Source of the DNA: Hyphomicrobiaceae bacterium
GTDB taxonomy: Bacteria > Pseudomonadota > Alphaproteobacteria > Rhizobiales > Hyphomicrobiaceae
DNA: 24,000 bases
Assembly: GCA_050633705.1 (NCBI GenBank)
Contig: JBOEGZ010000006.1
Span: forward strand, 148,554-172,553
Direction: 5' to 3'
How positions within the stretch are numbered: the first letter of the stretch is position 1; every line of letters starts with the position of its first letter. The notes beneath the pieces are model-generated. The model had not been told where the DNA came from. It worked only from the letters and a program-made list of their open reading frames with translations, and did no database searches. The position numbers and the translations under genes are program-made. Positions 8,919-18,539 of this stretch are shown one piece after another.

Positions 8919-9983
8919 TCAGCGTTCGCCTTGATTGTCTGCGTCCTTGTCATCGGTATCGAAGAGCGGAAAATCGACCGCTTCACGGCGCGGGCCCGAC
9001 AAACCGAGGTGACGGTAAGCTTTCATTGTCAGAACACGCCCGCGCGGCGTCCGACTGACAAAACCTTGCTGCAACAAATACGGCTCAACGATTTCTTCAA
9101 GCGCATCGCGAGGTTCAGATAAAGCCGCCGCCAACGTTTCAATTCCAACCGGACCGCCGTCGTAATTCTCCACAACACAATTCAAATACCGGTGGTCGAG
9201 AGCATCAAGACCTTCGTTATCGACCTCCAACATCCTAAGCGCCTTGTCAGCAACGTCGGAATTAATCATCGGTTCTTCTGCAACAGATGCAAAGTCACGC
9301 ACGCGGCGTAACAAGCGCCCTGCAATCCGTGGCGTTCCCCGAGACCGACGTGCAATTTCATGCGCACCATCTGGTGACATTGGTGCGCCCAACACCCGCG
9401 CACCGCGCACAATGACACGCTGCAATTCCTCGATTGTGTAAAAATTCAAACGAATTGGAATGCCAAACCGATCCCGCAGCGGTGTCGTCAACAATCCAGC
9501 CCGCGTGGTCGCGCCAACAAGTGTGAACTTCGCCAAATCAATGCGCACAGAACGCGCCGCCGGGCCCTCACCAATCATCAAATCCAGCTGAAAGTCTTCC
9601 ATCGCTGGATAAAGAATTTCTTCAACAGCAGGGCTGAGACGATGAATCTCATCAATAAACAAAACATCTCGATCTTCGAGATTGGTCAAAAGCGCGGCGA
9701 GATCGCCAGCCTTGGAAATGACCGGACCCGAGGTGGCACGAAAGCCAACACCCAGCTCCTTTGCCATGATCTGCGACAGGGTCGTCTTGCCAAGCCCCGG
9801 CGGGCCAGCAAACAGCACGTGGTCGAGTGCATCACCACGTTTTTTTGCTGCCTCAATAAACACCCTGAGGTTGGCTCGCGCCTGTTCCTGACCGGTGAAG
9901 TCGTCAAGCGACTGTGGCCTGACAGACTGCTCAAAGACATCCGTTTCTTTTGGGCCAGACGTTACGATGCGATCATCAGTCAT
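8919..9983 (-). CDS. ruvB: Holliday junction branch-migration ATPase RuvB
   Basis: Walker [10 protein letters not shown], Walker [12 protein letters not shown], and RuvB-type N-terminus MTDDRIV...[12 protein letters not shown]. The ATG at 9983 is chosen; the ORF-track start at 10142 would overlap the upstream membrane-protein gene. Confidence 0.95.
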   Translation of the reverse strand: MTDDRIVTSGPKETDVFEQSVRPQSLDDFTGQEQARANLRVFIEAAKKRGDALDHVLFAGPPGLGKTTLSQIMAKELGVGFRATSGPVISKAGDLAALLTNLEDRDVLFIDEIHRLSPAVEEILYPAMEDFQLDLMIGEGPAARSVRIDLAKFTLVGATTRAGLLTTPLRDRFGIPIRLNFYTIEELQRVIVRGARVLGAPMSPDGAHEIARRSRGTPRIAGRLLRRVRDFASVAEEPMINSDVADKALRMLEVDNEGLDALDHRYLNCVVENYDGGPVGIETLAAALSEPRDALEEIVEPYLLQQGFVSRTPRGRVLTMKAYRHLGLSGPRREAVDFPLFDTDDKDADNQGER

Positions 9984-10065
9984 TGAAATGTCAGCTCTGT
10001 CATTTCCGTCAAATTCAGTTATATCACGGCCAAACACGCATCGTGCCAGTCCATTAACACGCCAT

Positions 10066-10506
10066 TCAGTCTTCTCGCAGCAAACCACCCAAATCCATGG
10101 CATAGCGCACAGCAATCGCCACCAGTCCGGCGAGCACCGCAAGTGCTGTTAGCAGATTTTGCGGTATGTCGACGGGGAAAAGAATATGCGCAATTGTGAA
10201 TGCGACAACTGCCGCCATCGCAACATATGATGGGGCAAACCTTCCCTCGCGCAACAAAAACGGCACCATCGCCAGGGCCGTTAAGGCCGCCGGCACCGCA
10301 GACCAAATGAATGAACGCATCGCGATCGCACCAAGCGGTAAATCCGTTGTCGGGATCAACGGATCAAGTTTCAGGATCGGCGCCAAAACAAGAATGATCA
10401 AAATCGCAAGTGCTGCGAAAAACGGACCGACTAAGGTAAACCCGAGAAAGGCCCAAAAAGCGCGTTGTCCGTTTGAAATGTCTTCATTGTCTTTTTGGCT
10501 AGTCAT
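10066..10506 (-). CDS. Hypothetical integral membrane protein (about 4 TM helices, 146 aa) between ruvA and ruvB
   Basis: Four hydrophobic stretches are visible. Its ATG (10506-10504) overlaps the ruvA TGA (10505-10503) as ATGA. No motif was recognised. Confidence 0.6.
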   Translation of the reverse strand: MTSQKDNEDISNGQRAFWAFLGFTLVGPFFAALAILIILVLAPILKLDPLIPTTDLPLGAIAMRSFIWSAVPAALTALAMVPFLLREGRFAPSYVAMAAVVAFTIAHILFPVDIPQNLLTALAVLAGLVAIAVRYAMDLGGLLRED

Positions 10507-11150
10507 CGAGCTAACTCCTTCAAACCACGCTTAATCAATTCTGATACGGGTGCATCGCTACCAAGGTCTTGGACCGCCGTTGCAACAGCTTGGCTCGCGT
10601 GAGCGGGTTGATAGCCAAGATTGGACAAGGCCGAGATTGCCTCAATGGCCGCGTTGCCAGCTCCTGATCCATGGCCACCTTGTTTTGCGCTTGGCGTTGC
10701 CTTGTCGCCGCTGGCCGCCGCCTCAGCACTTGCGTCCGCCATCATCGACAGACCAGGGGCCTTGTCTTTTAATTCAGCAACAATGCGTTGTGCTAGTTTT
10801 TTGCCAACTCCGGGTGTTTGTTCAACTGTTGCGGCATTACCAATTGCAATTGCGCTCGCCAGGTCTTGCGGCGACATCACACCCAGCGCTGCCAAAGCCA
10901 CCTTCGCACCAACACCTTGCACGGTTTGCAGCGTGCGAAACCAACTGCGTTCACTCTCACTGGAAAAGCCAAACAAGCGTATTGCGTCTTCGCGCACATG
11001 TGTATCAATCGTCAAAGAAACATTTGCACCAATTTCGAGATTGCGCAGCGCGCGTGCAGATGCCTGCACCTCGTAACCCACACCATTGACGTCAATGATG
11101 AGATGACTTTCACCAATTGCATCGACGAGGCCTGTGAGTTTTCCAATCAT
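10503..11150 (-). CDS. ruvA: Holliday junction DNA helicase subunit RuvA
   Basis: N-terminus [10 protein letters not shown]...VNGVGYEV. Helix-hairpin-helix motifs [11 protein letters not shown] and [12 protein letters not shown] are present. The ATGA overlap with the ruvC stop lies at 11147-11150. Confidence 0.95.
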   Translation of the reverse strand: MIGKLTGLVDAIGESHLIIDVNGVGYEVQASARALRNLEIGANVSLTIDTHVREDAIRLFGFSSESERSWFRTLQTVQGVGAKVALAALGVMSPQDLASAIAIGNAATVEQTPGVGKKLAQRIVAELKDKAPGLSMMADASAEAAASGDKATPSAKQGGHGSGAGNAAIEAISALSNLGYQPAHASQAVATAVQDLGSDAPVSELIKRGLKELAR

Positions 11151-11755
11151 GCTGTGCGCCTCTTACTTTTCGCCATCAATGCCTTGTATTGCTCTGCAGG
11201 AGACTGCTTGCGGGCCTTACCAACATAAGAACCTTGTTTTTCACCGCCCGCCTCCAATTGCGAGGCCGCAGACATTCGGTGGTTGGCATGGCAAATGGCA
11301 ATTGCTAACGCATCGGCTTCGTCGGCGGTTTCAACAACGGCTTTTGGCAACAAAAAGCCAACCATCGCCTTGATTTGATCCTTGTGTGCGTGTCCTGCCC
11401 CGACAACTGTTTTTTTCACAAGGTTTGGTGGATATTCGCCCACGCGAAGTCCAAGCATTGCTGGTGCCAACATCGCCATACCACGCGCTTGTCCAAGCTT
11501 TAGCGTTGCCCGAGCGTTGTCATTGACAAATGTCTCTTCAACAGCTGCTTCGATGGGCTTGTATGATTTAATAACGGACGTCAGGCCCTCAAAGATTTCT
11601 CGCAGGCGAAATGCCAACTCTTCTTTTGTGGTTGAAGATATGTGCCCAGAGGCGACGTAGGTCAGGCGAATGCCATCGCTTTCGACAATGCCCCAGCCGG
11701 TATGGCGAAGGCCCGGATCAATTCCAATAATGCGTTTTGTGTTCTGTCCCTGCAT
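11147..11755 (-). CDS. ruvC: Crossover junction endodeoxyribonuclease RuvC
   Basis: [14 protein letters not shown] catalytic N-terminus, then ...EETFVN... and [13 protein letters not shown]. The gene order is ruvC-ruvA. Confidence 0.93.
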   Translation of the reverse strand: MQGQNTKRIIGIDPGLRHTGWGIVESDGIRLTYVASGHISSTTKEELAFRLREIFEGLTSVIKSYKPIEAAVEETFVNDNARATLKLGQARGMAMLAPAMLGLRVGEYPPNLVKKTVVGAGHAHKDQIKAMVGFLLPKAVVETADEADALAIAICHANHRMSAASQLEAGGEKQGSYVGKARKQSPAEQYKALMAKSKRRTA

Positions 11756-11860
11756 GGCACGGGCATAGCACAGGCGATGATTCGTTACCGGTGCAGAAAT
11801 TAATCAGCACGGCGCTGGTGCTTTCCCAGCCAAACCGTATCTGCAAAACCCTGTTGTCAG

Positions 11861-12064
11861 TTAAATTTGTCTTGAGCTTAAAGGGGCTGGTAATTCAACA
11901 CGATTGCGCGTTTTTTCTGCACACGCCTTGTGTGTTACTTCGACCATTACCGAATCGACAAGCTCAACCTGCTGGTTTTGCATTTGTTGGTCGATGAAAT
12001 CTGCCAAATAAATTCGACGCAGGTTACGTGCGTAGGTTTCAAAATTACCCGATCCAAGTTGCAT
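11861..12064 (-). CDS. Possible small hypothetical protein (67 aa from the internal ATG, 90 aa from ATG 12133)
   Basis: It is the only sizeable ORF in the 476-bp yebC-ruvC gap. The internal ATG at 12064 has AGGAG 8 nt upstream. A weak hairpin lies downstream at about 11800-11820. No recognisable motif. Confidence 0.3.
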   Translation of the reverse strand: MQLGSGNFETYARNLRRIYLADFIDQQMQNQQVELVDSVMVEVTHKACAEKTRNRVELPAPLSSRQI

Positions 12065-12231
12065 GACCATCACTCCTGCTGCGAAGATATCCTCCACTTG
12101 ACGTTCTAGGCCGCAGTGATGAACAACTTGCATGCAGCTTGGATAAAACCGGTCGCATTAAATTTACCACGTTTGTTATTAGGTTGCGGCAAAGGTAATG
12201 GCATTTGCGTGAAAAACGGTATCCGTACGCC

Positions 12232-12981
12232 TTAAGCCGCCGTCAACTTGCTTAAGACATCCTCCGAGACTTCGAAATTTGCGTATACGTTTTGCACATC
12301 GTCATCGTCTTCAAGAGCCGCAATCAGCTTTAAAATGCTGTCGGCATTTTCTTCATCAACTTCAGTTGTCAGGTTCGGGCGCCATACGGCTTTAGCGCTT
12401 GTCGCTTCTCCGAGAGCTTTTTCTAAAGCTGTCGAAACAGATGAAAGATCTTCGAACGTGCACGTAATCACATGCGTTTCGCTATCCGAGACAACATCAT
12501 CTGCGCCAGCGTCAATGGCTGCTTCCAACACCTCATCGTTGCTTCCGGCTGAACCTGGATAGGTGATCTCACCGACATGGCTAAACATATGAGCAACTGC
12601 ACCCGTTGCACCAAGGTTGCCCCCCTGCTTTGTGAATGCAGCACGCACGGCACCACCCGTCCTGTTGCGGTTGTCTGTGAGAGCCTCAACGATGATTGCG
12701 ATGCCACCAGGACCGTATCCCTCATAGCGCATTTCATCGTAGTTTTCGCCGTCACCGCCCGATGCCTTTTTAATGGCCCGCTCGATATTATCCTTGGGCA
12801 TATTCTCCGAGCGCGCCGTTTGCACAGCCAAGCGCAAACGCGGGTTCATGCCAGGATCTTCGCCACCCAATTTGGCTGCAACGGTAATTTCGCGCGCCAA
12901 CTTCGAAAACACCTTGGCCCGGACCTTATCCTGGCGTCCTTTGCGGTGCATGATGTTTTTAAATTGGGAGTGGCCGGCCAT
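12232..12981 (-). CDS. yebC: YebC/PmpR family DNA-binding transcriptional regulator
   Basis: [15 protein letters not shown]...[28 protein letters not shown] is the canonical YebC N-terminus. It is adjacent to ruvC. The ATG at 12981 is preferred over the extended start at 13044. Confidence 0.93.
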   Translation of the reverse strand: MAGHSQFKNIMHRKGRQDKVRAKVFSKLAREITVAAKLGGEDPGMNPRLRLAVQTARSENMPKDNIERAIKKASGGDGENYDEMRYEGYGPGGIAIIVEALTDNRNRTGGAVRAAFTKQGGNLGATGAVAHMFSHVGEITYPGSAGSNDEVLEAAIDAGADDVVSDSETHVITCTFEDLSSVSTALEKALGEATSAKAVWRPNLTTEVDEENADSILKLIAALEDDDDVQNVYANFEVSEDVLSKLTAA

Positions 12982-13073
12982 GAGGCGATCTCGCTTCAGT
13001 TCATAAATTTGGTTGAATTTTTCAGCAGGCCGCAGCTCATGCAAGCCCCAAGCTTATTGTCATATCACGGCCG

Positions 13074-13898
13074 TCACGAAGTGCCAAAATCAATGGCCTG
13101 AGGCGATAGCACGCCGCCTTGACGAAAGCCTTTTACGTGGGTTGCCAACCCCGTTGCATCATCAATCGTCACCGCCAGTCCACAAATTGTTGCTGGTCCA
13201 TCAGCAACTTCAAAACGTCCGCGCGGAATACGTGTTGTAAAGCGATTGATCGGTTCTTCGGGCTGCATGCCAAGGACAGAGTTATAGTCACCGCACATGC
13301 CCGCGTCAGACATATAAGCTGTCCCACCTGGTAAGACACGCTCATCAGCGGTTGGTGAATGGGTATGGGTCCCGACCACAACACTGACGCGTCCATCCAC
13401 GTATGCCGCCAGCGCTTGCTTCTCGCTGGTCGCCTCGGCATGGAAATCTATAAAGATGACATCTGCCGCGACCTTTAATGGGCAGGCAGAGAGTTGATCG
13501 TCGATGCCTTGGAATGGGCAGTCCAATTCATGCATGAAGGTACGCCCCATGGCATTCATCACGAGAACATCTGCACCATTCTTGGCTTTGACAAGCGCTG
13601 AGCCCCGTCCCGGCGTGCCTTTTGGAAAATTTAAAGGACGGATCAATCGTTCTTGGCGTTCAATGTAGACGAGCGTATCTCGCTGATCGAATGCATGATT
13701 ACCAAGCGTCACAACGTCTGCGCCGACATCTAACAGATCGGTCAATATCGGTTCGGTAATACCAAACCCGCCTGCAGAATTTTCACCATTGACGATAACG
13801 AAGTCGATATTGTGCGCGTCAATCATACCCGGCAGAGCAGCCATTGCTGCTTTGCGACCCGACCGACCAACAAGATCTCCCAGAAACAAAAGCCGCAT
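13074..13898 (-). CDS. YmdB-like metallophosphoesterase (TIGR00282 family, 2',3'-cyclic-nucleotide phosphodiesterase-like)
   Basis: MRLLFLGDLVGRSGR, VNGENSAGGFGIT, TLGNHAFD and GTHTHSPT motifs are present. Confidence 0.85.
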   Translation of the reverse strand: MRLLFLGDLVGRSGRKAAMAALPGMIDAHNIDFVIVNGENSAGGFGITEPILTDLLDVGADVVTLGNHAFDQRDTLVYIERQERLIRPLNFPKGTPGRGSALVKAKNGADVLVMNAMGRTFMHELDCPFQGIDDQLSACPLKVAADVIFIDFHAEATSEKQALAAYVDGRVSVVVGTHTHSPTADERVLPGGTAYMSDAGMCGDYNSVLGMQPEEPINRFTTRIPRGRFEVADGPATICGLAVTIDDATGLATHVKGFRQGGVLSPQAIDFGTS

Positions 13899-13901
13899 AT
13901 A

Positions 13902-14495
13902 TTATTCCATACAGCGCAAAACGCGCGTTTGCGTGAAAACCATATCAAGGCGCTGGTCATAGCTGTCATGAGGCACGGCGTCGACCTCTTGTTCATCAAA
14001 AGCTAAACCAATGGCAAGAACAGGTTTGATATTGCGCAGCTTTTCAAGCGTGCGATCGTAATATCCACCACCATAGCCGAGGCGAAACCCACGCTTGTCG
14101 AATGCCAGGAGTGGCACCAAAACTATGTCTGGATCGACCTCAGGTTGGCTATCGTGCGGTTCACGAATACCCCACTTGGCCGTTGTCATGTCATCACCTG
14201 GAACCCAAGTTCGAAAAATCAACGGCATGGCTTTGGCGACGATCACCGGAAGGGCAAGCTTAAATCCTTGAGCGTGCAAGGCACCTAAAAGCGGCTTTGT
14301 ATCCAATTCCTCGGGCATGGAAAAATAGCCCGATATTGTCGCGCCATCATGTTCAGCCGATGCCAGTTCTAAAAGTCCCGTGGCAGCAAGCCCCTGCGTG
14401 GCATCGCGAGCCGCGTCGGTTCCAGCCGCTTCAGCACGCCACGCTTTTGCCGTTTCGCGCATGTCATCTTTTTGGTCCGTGATGGATGAGGTCAT
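13902..14495 (-). CDS. ygfA: 5-formyltetrahydrofolate cyclo-ligase
   Basis: LVPLLAFDKRGFRLGYGGGYYDRTL signature. It lies downstream of zapA and a 6S-like RNA, as in the E. coli zapA-ssrS-ygfA locus. Confidence 0.88.
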   Translation of the reverse strand: MTSSITDQKDDMRETAKAWRAEAAGTDAARDATQGLAATGLLELASAEHDGATISGYFSMPEELDTKPLLGALHAQGFKLALPVIVAKAMPLIFRTWVPGDDMTTAKWGIREPHDSQPEVDPDIVLVPLLAFDKRGFRLGYGGGYYDRTLEKLRNIKPVLAIGLAFDEQEVDAVPHDSYDQRLDMVFTQTRVLRCME

Positions 14496-14515
14496 AAAGT
14501 TATGAAGTGGTTTGA

Positions 14516-14694
14516 GATAAAAAAATGCCGCGAAGGCCGTCGGAGCTGATGAACCCGCGGGATCCTACAAAATGTAGGTGGGCGCCGTGTGCCTAAGACC
14601 ACGATCGAAGGCAGGGACAGCTCCCATGCGAAGCTTATAGGCCCCCGGGCAAATGCTGCTCCTAACAAACCCCGCAGCACATCCAATCTAGAGC
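14516..14694 (-). ncRNA. ssrS: 6S RNA candidate
   Basis: A non-coding gap sits in the conserved zapA-ssrS-ygfA position. The minus-strand transcript forms an 11-bp closing stem: GUGCUGCGGGG (14680-14670) with CCUUCGCGGCAU (14536-14525). Further interrupted pairings follow (GGAGC/GCUCC, GCCCGGGGG/CCCGCGGGU), plus the internal hairpin CCUACAUUUUGUAGG. The span between the closing-stem ends is about 156 nt. The ends are approximate. Confidence 0.7.
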
Positions 14695-14766
14695 TGAGAG
14701 CTTAAGATTCCAATGCCCACTTGCGACAGCCGAAACTCACCCGCGCGCATCGGTCTAAAATAATGA

Positions 14767-15231
14767 TTAACGATAAGCCCGTTTTTGCTTTGTCGGAGCC
14801 GAATTATCGATACCAATGTCCATGTCGGTTGATGCGACCGACCCATGCGTTTTGGCAGACGCGACATCATCTTCGCCATCTTCTTGGCTGTGTTCGTCGT
14901 CAAATTCATCGCCAGACGCATCCAGATCGCCACTTTCACGCAACACTTGCCCACCTCCAGTTGCCGCCAAAGCGCGTAATTCCTCCTGGGCACGTCGCGC
15001 ATTTTCTTCGAGATCGTCGCGAAGGTCCCAAAGCTCATCGGCAATCATGAGGGACGCCATCAGCATCAACCGGTCTTCGCCAACCTGTCCGAATTGCTCC
15101 GTCAACAGCGAAACATGTGTCTCAACGTAAGATAACAGTTCGCTTAAACGCTGCTCCTCGCCGTCATTACAACTCATCTTGTAAGTCCGGCCGTTGATGG
15201 TCTTTGCGACTTGGCCCATGCCCCACCCCAT
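14767..15231 (-). CDS. zapA: Cell division protein ZapA with a long acidic C-terminal tail
   Basis: MGQVAKTINGRTYKMSCNDGEEQRLSELLSYVETHV...RLMLMASLMIADELWD matches the ZapA fold pattern, and the synteny with ssrS/ygfA fits. The start is ambiguous: ATG 15231 (AGAGG 10 nt upstream), ATG 15219 or TTG 15237. Confidence 0.85.
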   Translation of the reverse strand: MGWGMGQVAKTINGRTYKMSCNDGEEQRLSELLSYVETHVSLLTEQFGQVGEDRLMLMASLMIADELWDLRDDLEENARRAQEELRALAATGGGQVLRESGDLDASGDEFDDEHSQEDGEDDVASAKTHGSVASTDMDIGIDNSAPTKQKRAYR

Positions 15232-15261
15232 CGTCAAAACGCCTCTAAAACAGGAGGCGAA

Positions 15262-15552
15262 TCAATGTTTCTCGTCCACAATGTTATGAAGTGAATCCAA
15301 GACCCAATCAATCTGGTTGACGGCTTGTAAGTGTTTTGCCTTCAACGCGGTAATTTCTTGCTTGGCCAATTCTAACTGCGCGGCCAACTGATCACGTTCG
15401 ACCTCAACTAATTTTAGCCGCGTTTCCATACCATCGACGCCTTCCCCTACTGGTGACGTAGGCGGCGTTGAAGCCTTAGGCGACTTTGCCTTATCGCTCG
15501 CCGTTGCTGACTTAGGAGAAAATTTTGCTTTATTTTGTGTTCGCCCGGCCAT
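15262..15552 (-). CDS. Small coiled-coil protein upstream of zapA (DUF4164-like)
   Basis: A Lys/Ser/Pro-rich N-terminus is followed by a heptad-like helix (METRLKLVEVERDQLAAQLELAKQEITALKAKHLQAVNQIDWVLDSL). ATG at 15552. It ends 28 nt before the zapA start region. Confidence 0.6.
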   Translation of the reverse strand: MAGRTQNKAKFSPKSATASDKAKSPKASTPPTSPVGEGVDGMETRLKLVEVERDQLAAQLELAKQEITALKAKHLQAVNQIDWVLDSLHNIVDEKH

Positions 15553-16149
15553 GAGGGCCCCCGCCTCGTTGTCTCTACGCGTTGATTTCCATGCCCCAAC
15601 ACCAGCATTGGCGCACACATCGCCGGGAGAGCCGAACTTCCGAATTGGAATTGCGATGACATTGATAAGCCTGGGACAATTCTAAGTACCGCGCCGACAG
15701 CCCCACGATTTGGATAATTAATGCCGCTCACTGCTTATGCCAAACCGATCGAGTGATAACCATAGGTTGAAGGAGGCAAAAGCGTCAATGAATGGATGGT
15801 CCAATGAACGAAATGTGAGACCCCCGTCAGCCTCTTACAGTGTTCATTTTTGCATACTCGCCAGCGCACCCCGCACCACTTTTGCTCGCCGGATTAGGCA
15901 ACATCGACAAATGTAACCAAGAAAATAACCAAACTGACAGCAAAACAATCAAGAAACTGGGAGTTGTTGTCGCTTTTGGACGCTCCCCGATTGACAGCAC
16001 AGGGTCTCCCCAAGTTAATGGCGCCGCACAGACATGCCAAACCGGCTCACGTTGGCTCAATAATGTGAAATCCGTCGCCACAGCTCACGATCTTCGTGGC
16101 CCGTGCCGGTTATTCGCCACAAACAGAAGACCTCAGGAAGGATATGGAA

Positions 16150-17160
16150 ATGACAGTGAATGTCGCTATTTCGGGTTTTGGACGCATCGGCAGGAACATC
16201 CTGCGAGCGGCTGCCGAGGCCAAACGCAGCGACATCCGGTTTGTCGCCATTAACGATCTGGGTTCTGCCAAGGACAACGCTCACCTGTTCAAATACGACA
16301 GTGTCCATGGGCGATTTCCAGGCAAGGTCACAGTATCTGGTGACGAAATTGACGTCGGCCTTGGCAATCCAATTAAAGTTCTTGCCGAGCGTGACCCATC
16401 GAAATTGCCTTGGGGCGAGCTTGGTATCGACATCGTGCTGGAGTGCACAGGCTTTTTTGCTGACAAGGAAAAAGCTTCCGCACACCTGACAGCCGGTGCA
16501 AAGCGCGTGATTGTCTCAGCTCCTGCCAAAGGCGCTGATCTGACGATCGTGTACGGCGTCAACGATGACAAACTGACGGCCGATCACAAAGTGGTGTCGA
16601 ACGCATCATGCACGACCAACTGCCTAGCACCGGTGGCCAAAGTTCTGAATGAGCTTTGCGGAATCAGTCAAGGCTTCATGACAACCATTCACGCCTACAC
16701 AAACGATCAACGTATTCTTGACCAAGCTCACAGCGACATGCGCCGCGCTCGTGCCGCAGCACTTTCAATGATTCCGACATCAACGGGAGCTGCGAAGGCT
16801 GTTGGTCTCGTCCTGCCAGAACTTGCCGGTAAAATCGATGGCACGGCCGTGCGTGTGCCAACTCCAAACGTCTCCGTGGTTGACCTGAAGTTTATTCCAG
16901 GCCGTGAAACAACCATCGACGAAATTAACAAGGCGATGGCAACAGCAAGTTCGGGACCAATGAAGGGTGTACTTGACTACGTTACCGAGCCATTGGTTTC
17001 GATCGACTTCAATCACTCGCCGTTTTCATCAAACTTTGATGCAACCCAAACACAGATCGTCGACAGCAAACTTTGTCGCATTCTGACCTGGTATGACAAC
17101 GAATGGGGCTTTTCTAATCGCATGCTCGACACATCAGTTGCGATGGGCAAATTGCTATAA
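16150..17160 (+). CDS. gap: Glyceraldehyde-3-phosphate dehydrogenase (type I)
   Basis: NAD-binding N-terminus [12 protein letters not shown] and active site [22 protein letters not shown] lies 7 nt before the ATG at 16150. Confidence 0.96.
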   Translation: MTVNVAISGFGRIGRNILRAAAEAKRSDIRFVAINDLGSAKDNAHLFKYDSVHGRFPGKVTVSGDEIDVGLGNPIKVLAERDPSKLPWGELGIDIVLECTGFFADKEKASAHLTAGAKRVIVSAPAKGADLTIVYGVNDDKLTADHKVVSNASCTTNCLAPVAKVLNELCGISQGFMTTIHAYTNDQRILDQAHSDMRRARAAALSMIPTSTGAAKAVGLVLPELAGKIDGTAVRVPTPNVSVVDLKFIPGRETTIDEINKAMATASSGPMKGVLDYVTEPLVSIDFNHSPFSSNFDATQTQIVDSKLCRILTWYDNEWGFSNRMLDTSVAMGKLL

Positions 17161-17170
17161 CATTTAATAA

Positions 17171-17205
17171 AGCGCGCGCCTCTCTGGCGCGCGCTTTTCT
17201 TTTTA
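17171..17205 (+). terminator. Rho-independent terminator after gap
   Basis: Perfect 10-bp GC-rich stem AGCGCGCGCC (17171-17180) / GGCGCGCGCT (17186-17195) with loop TCTCT, followed by TTTCTTTTT. Confidence 0.9.
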
Positions 17206-17255
17206 AGGCGTGGACTTTCGCGCCCTCCAACACGACTTCACGAGGAGAGCAAGTC

Positions 17256-18290
17256 ATGGCTGAAAAACTCGAAGATATTGCCGCTGCTATGGTAACGCCG
17301 GGTCAAGGCATTCTCGCCGCCGACGAAAGCACCGGAACAATCAAAAAACGCTTCGACAGCATCAATGTCGAATCGACCGAAAGTACGCGACGCGATTACC
17401 GCGAGATGCTGTTTCGTGCCGACGAAGCAATGAAGAACCACATCTCAGGCGTTATTCTTTTTGATGAAACCCTGCGCCAGAAGGCGGCAGATGGAACCCC
17501 GCTTGTTGACCTCATAAAGGCTTCAGGGGCTGTTCCTGGAATCAAGGTTGATGCTGGTGCAAAACCACTGGCTGGATCATCACCAGAACTTGTCACCGAG
17601 GGGCTCGACGGTCTGCGCGAACGCCTCGCTGAATATTATGACTTGGGTGCAAGATTTGCGAAATGGCGCTCGGTCATCACCATTGCTGAACAAGGCAATC
17701 TACCAAGCTGGAACTGCATCAAAGCCAACGCTCACGGCCTGGCGCGTTACGCAGCCCTTTGCCAAGAGGCTGGTATCGTTCCGATAGTCGAGCCGGAAGT
17801 TCTCATGGATGGGGACTTGGCATCCCATAGCGTTGAACGCTGCCACGAAGTTACAAACTGGGCCTTGCGCACAACCTTCCGCGAACTTGCCGATGCCGGT
17901 GTTCGCCTTGAAGGCATGGTTTTAAAACCAAACATGATTGTTGCAGGACACAAATGTGCCACCCAACCGTCTGCCAGTGAAGTTGCAGAGCGCACGGTGA
18001 AGTGCCTCAAGGATAACGTCCCATCCTCTGTGCCAGGTATTGCATTCTTGTCCGGCGGACAGTCCGACGCGTTGGCAACAGAACACCTGTCCCTGATGAA
18101 CGCGATCGGTGATCTGCCTTGGGCTTTGACGTTCTCTTATGGTCGCGCCCTGCAGGCTGCGGCACTGAAAGCTTGGAGCGGCAAATCTGAAAACGTTGCA
18201 GCCGGTCAACGCGCCTTCGCCCATCGCGCAAAAATGAACGGTTTGGCAGCCGTCGGCAAATGGGACAAAGGCTTGGAAAAAGCCGCTTAA
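17256..18290 (+). CDS. fba: Class I fructose-bisphosphate aldolase
   Basis: GILAADESTGTIKKRF, the Schiff-base lysine context MVLKPNMIVAG, and FLSGGQS. SD GAGGAGAG lies upstream. Confidence 0.95.
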   Translation: MAEKLEDIAAAMVTPGQGILAADESTGTIKKRFDSINVESTESTRRDYREMLFRADEAMKNHISGVILFDETLRQKAADGTPLVDLIKASGAVPGIKVDAGAKPLAGSSPELVTEGLDGLRERLAEYYDLGARFAKWRSVITIAEQGNLPSWNCIKANAHGLARYAALCQEAGIVPIVEPEVLMDGDLASHSVERCHEVTNWALRTTFRELADAGVRLEGMVLKPNMIVAGHKCATQPSASEVAERTVKCLKDNVPSSVPGIAFLSGGQSDALATEHLSLMNAIGDLPWALTFSYGRALQAAALKAWSGKSENVAAGQRAFAHRAKMNGLAAVGKWDKGLEKAA

Positions 18291-18323
18291 AAAAGCACCT
18301 CTTATTTCGCTAAACACACAACA

Positions 18324-18354
18324 GTCTCACTCCTGGTATGGCCAGGAGTGAGAC
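18324..18354 (+). terminator. Strong hairpin after fba, a possible terminator that lacks a U-tract
   Basis: 13-bp stem GTCTCACTCCTGG (18324-18336) / CCAGGAGTGAGAC (18342-18354). No T-run follows it. Confidence 0.5.
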
Positions 18355-18539
18355 GCTCGAACCAAACCCACACACGCTTAAATGCGCTTTTGCCAAATCA
18401 TCGACGTGAAAAATTCGGCCAAATATACCAAATCCATTGGCTGAATACGTTCCTTGCCTAATCGCAATTCGATCGTCGCGATTTGGCCGTTTTCGCCGCA
18501 GATATCCTGAGGGGTATAAGATCTCTTGATCTGGCAGCG

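Noticed and set aside
9984-10142. A 53-codon N-terminal extension of the ruvB ORF, as given in the ORF track.
   Set aside because: The extension ([20 protein letters not shown]...) has no RuvB similarity and overlaps the 3' end of the upstream membrane-protein gene. The canonical RuvB N-terminus begins at ATG 9983.
11147-11260. A basic C-terminal extension of RuvC that overlaps the ruvA start.
   Set aside because: It is only about 15-20 residues longer than the tail of E. coli RuvC, which is within normal family variation.
14492-14686. A 64-aa minus-strand ORF in the zapA-ygfA gap.
   Set aside because: It coincides with the structured 6S RNA candidate and has no SD and an implausible composition.
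15788-15916. A 42-aa plus-strand ORF with a strong GAAGGAGG upstream, in the divergent region before gap.
   Set aside because: The peptide (MNGWSNERNVRPPSASYSVHFCILASAPRTTFARRIRQHRQM) has no signal, TM segment or recognisable features, and the SD spacing is about 11 nt. This is worth a Ribo-seq look only.
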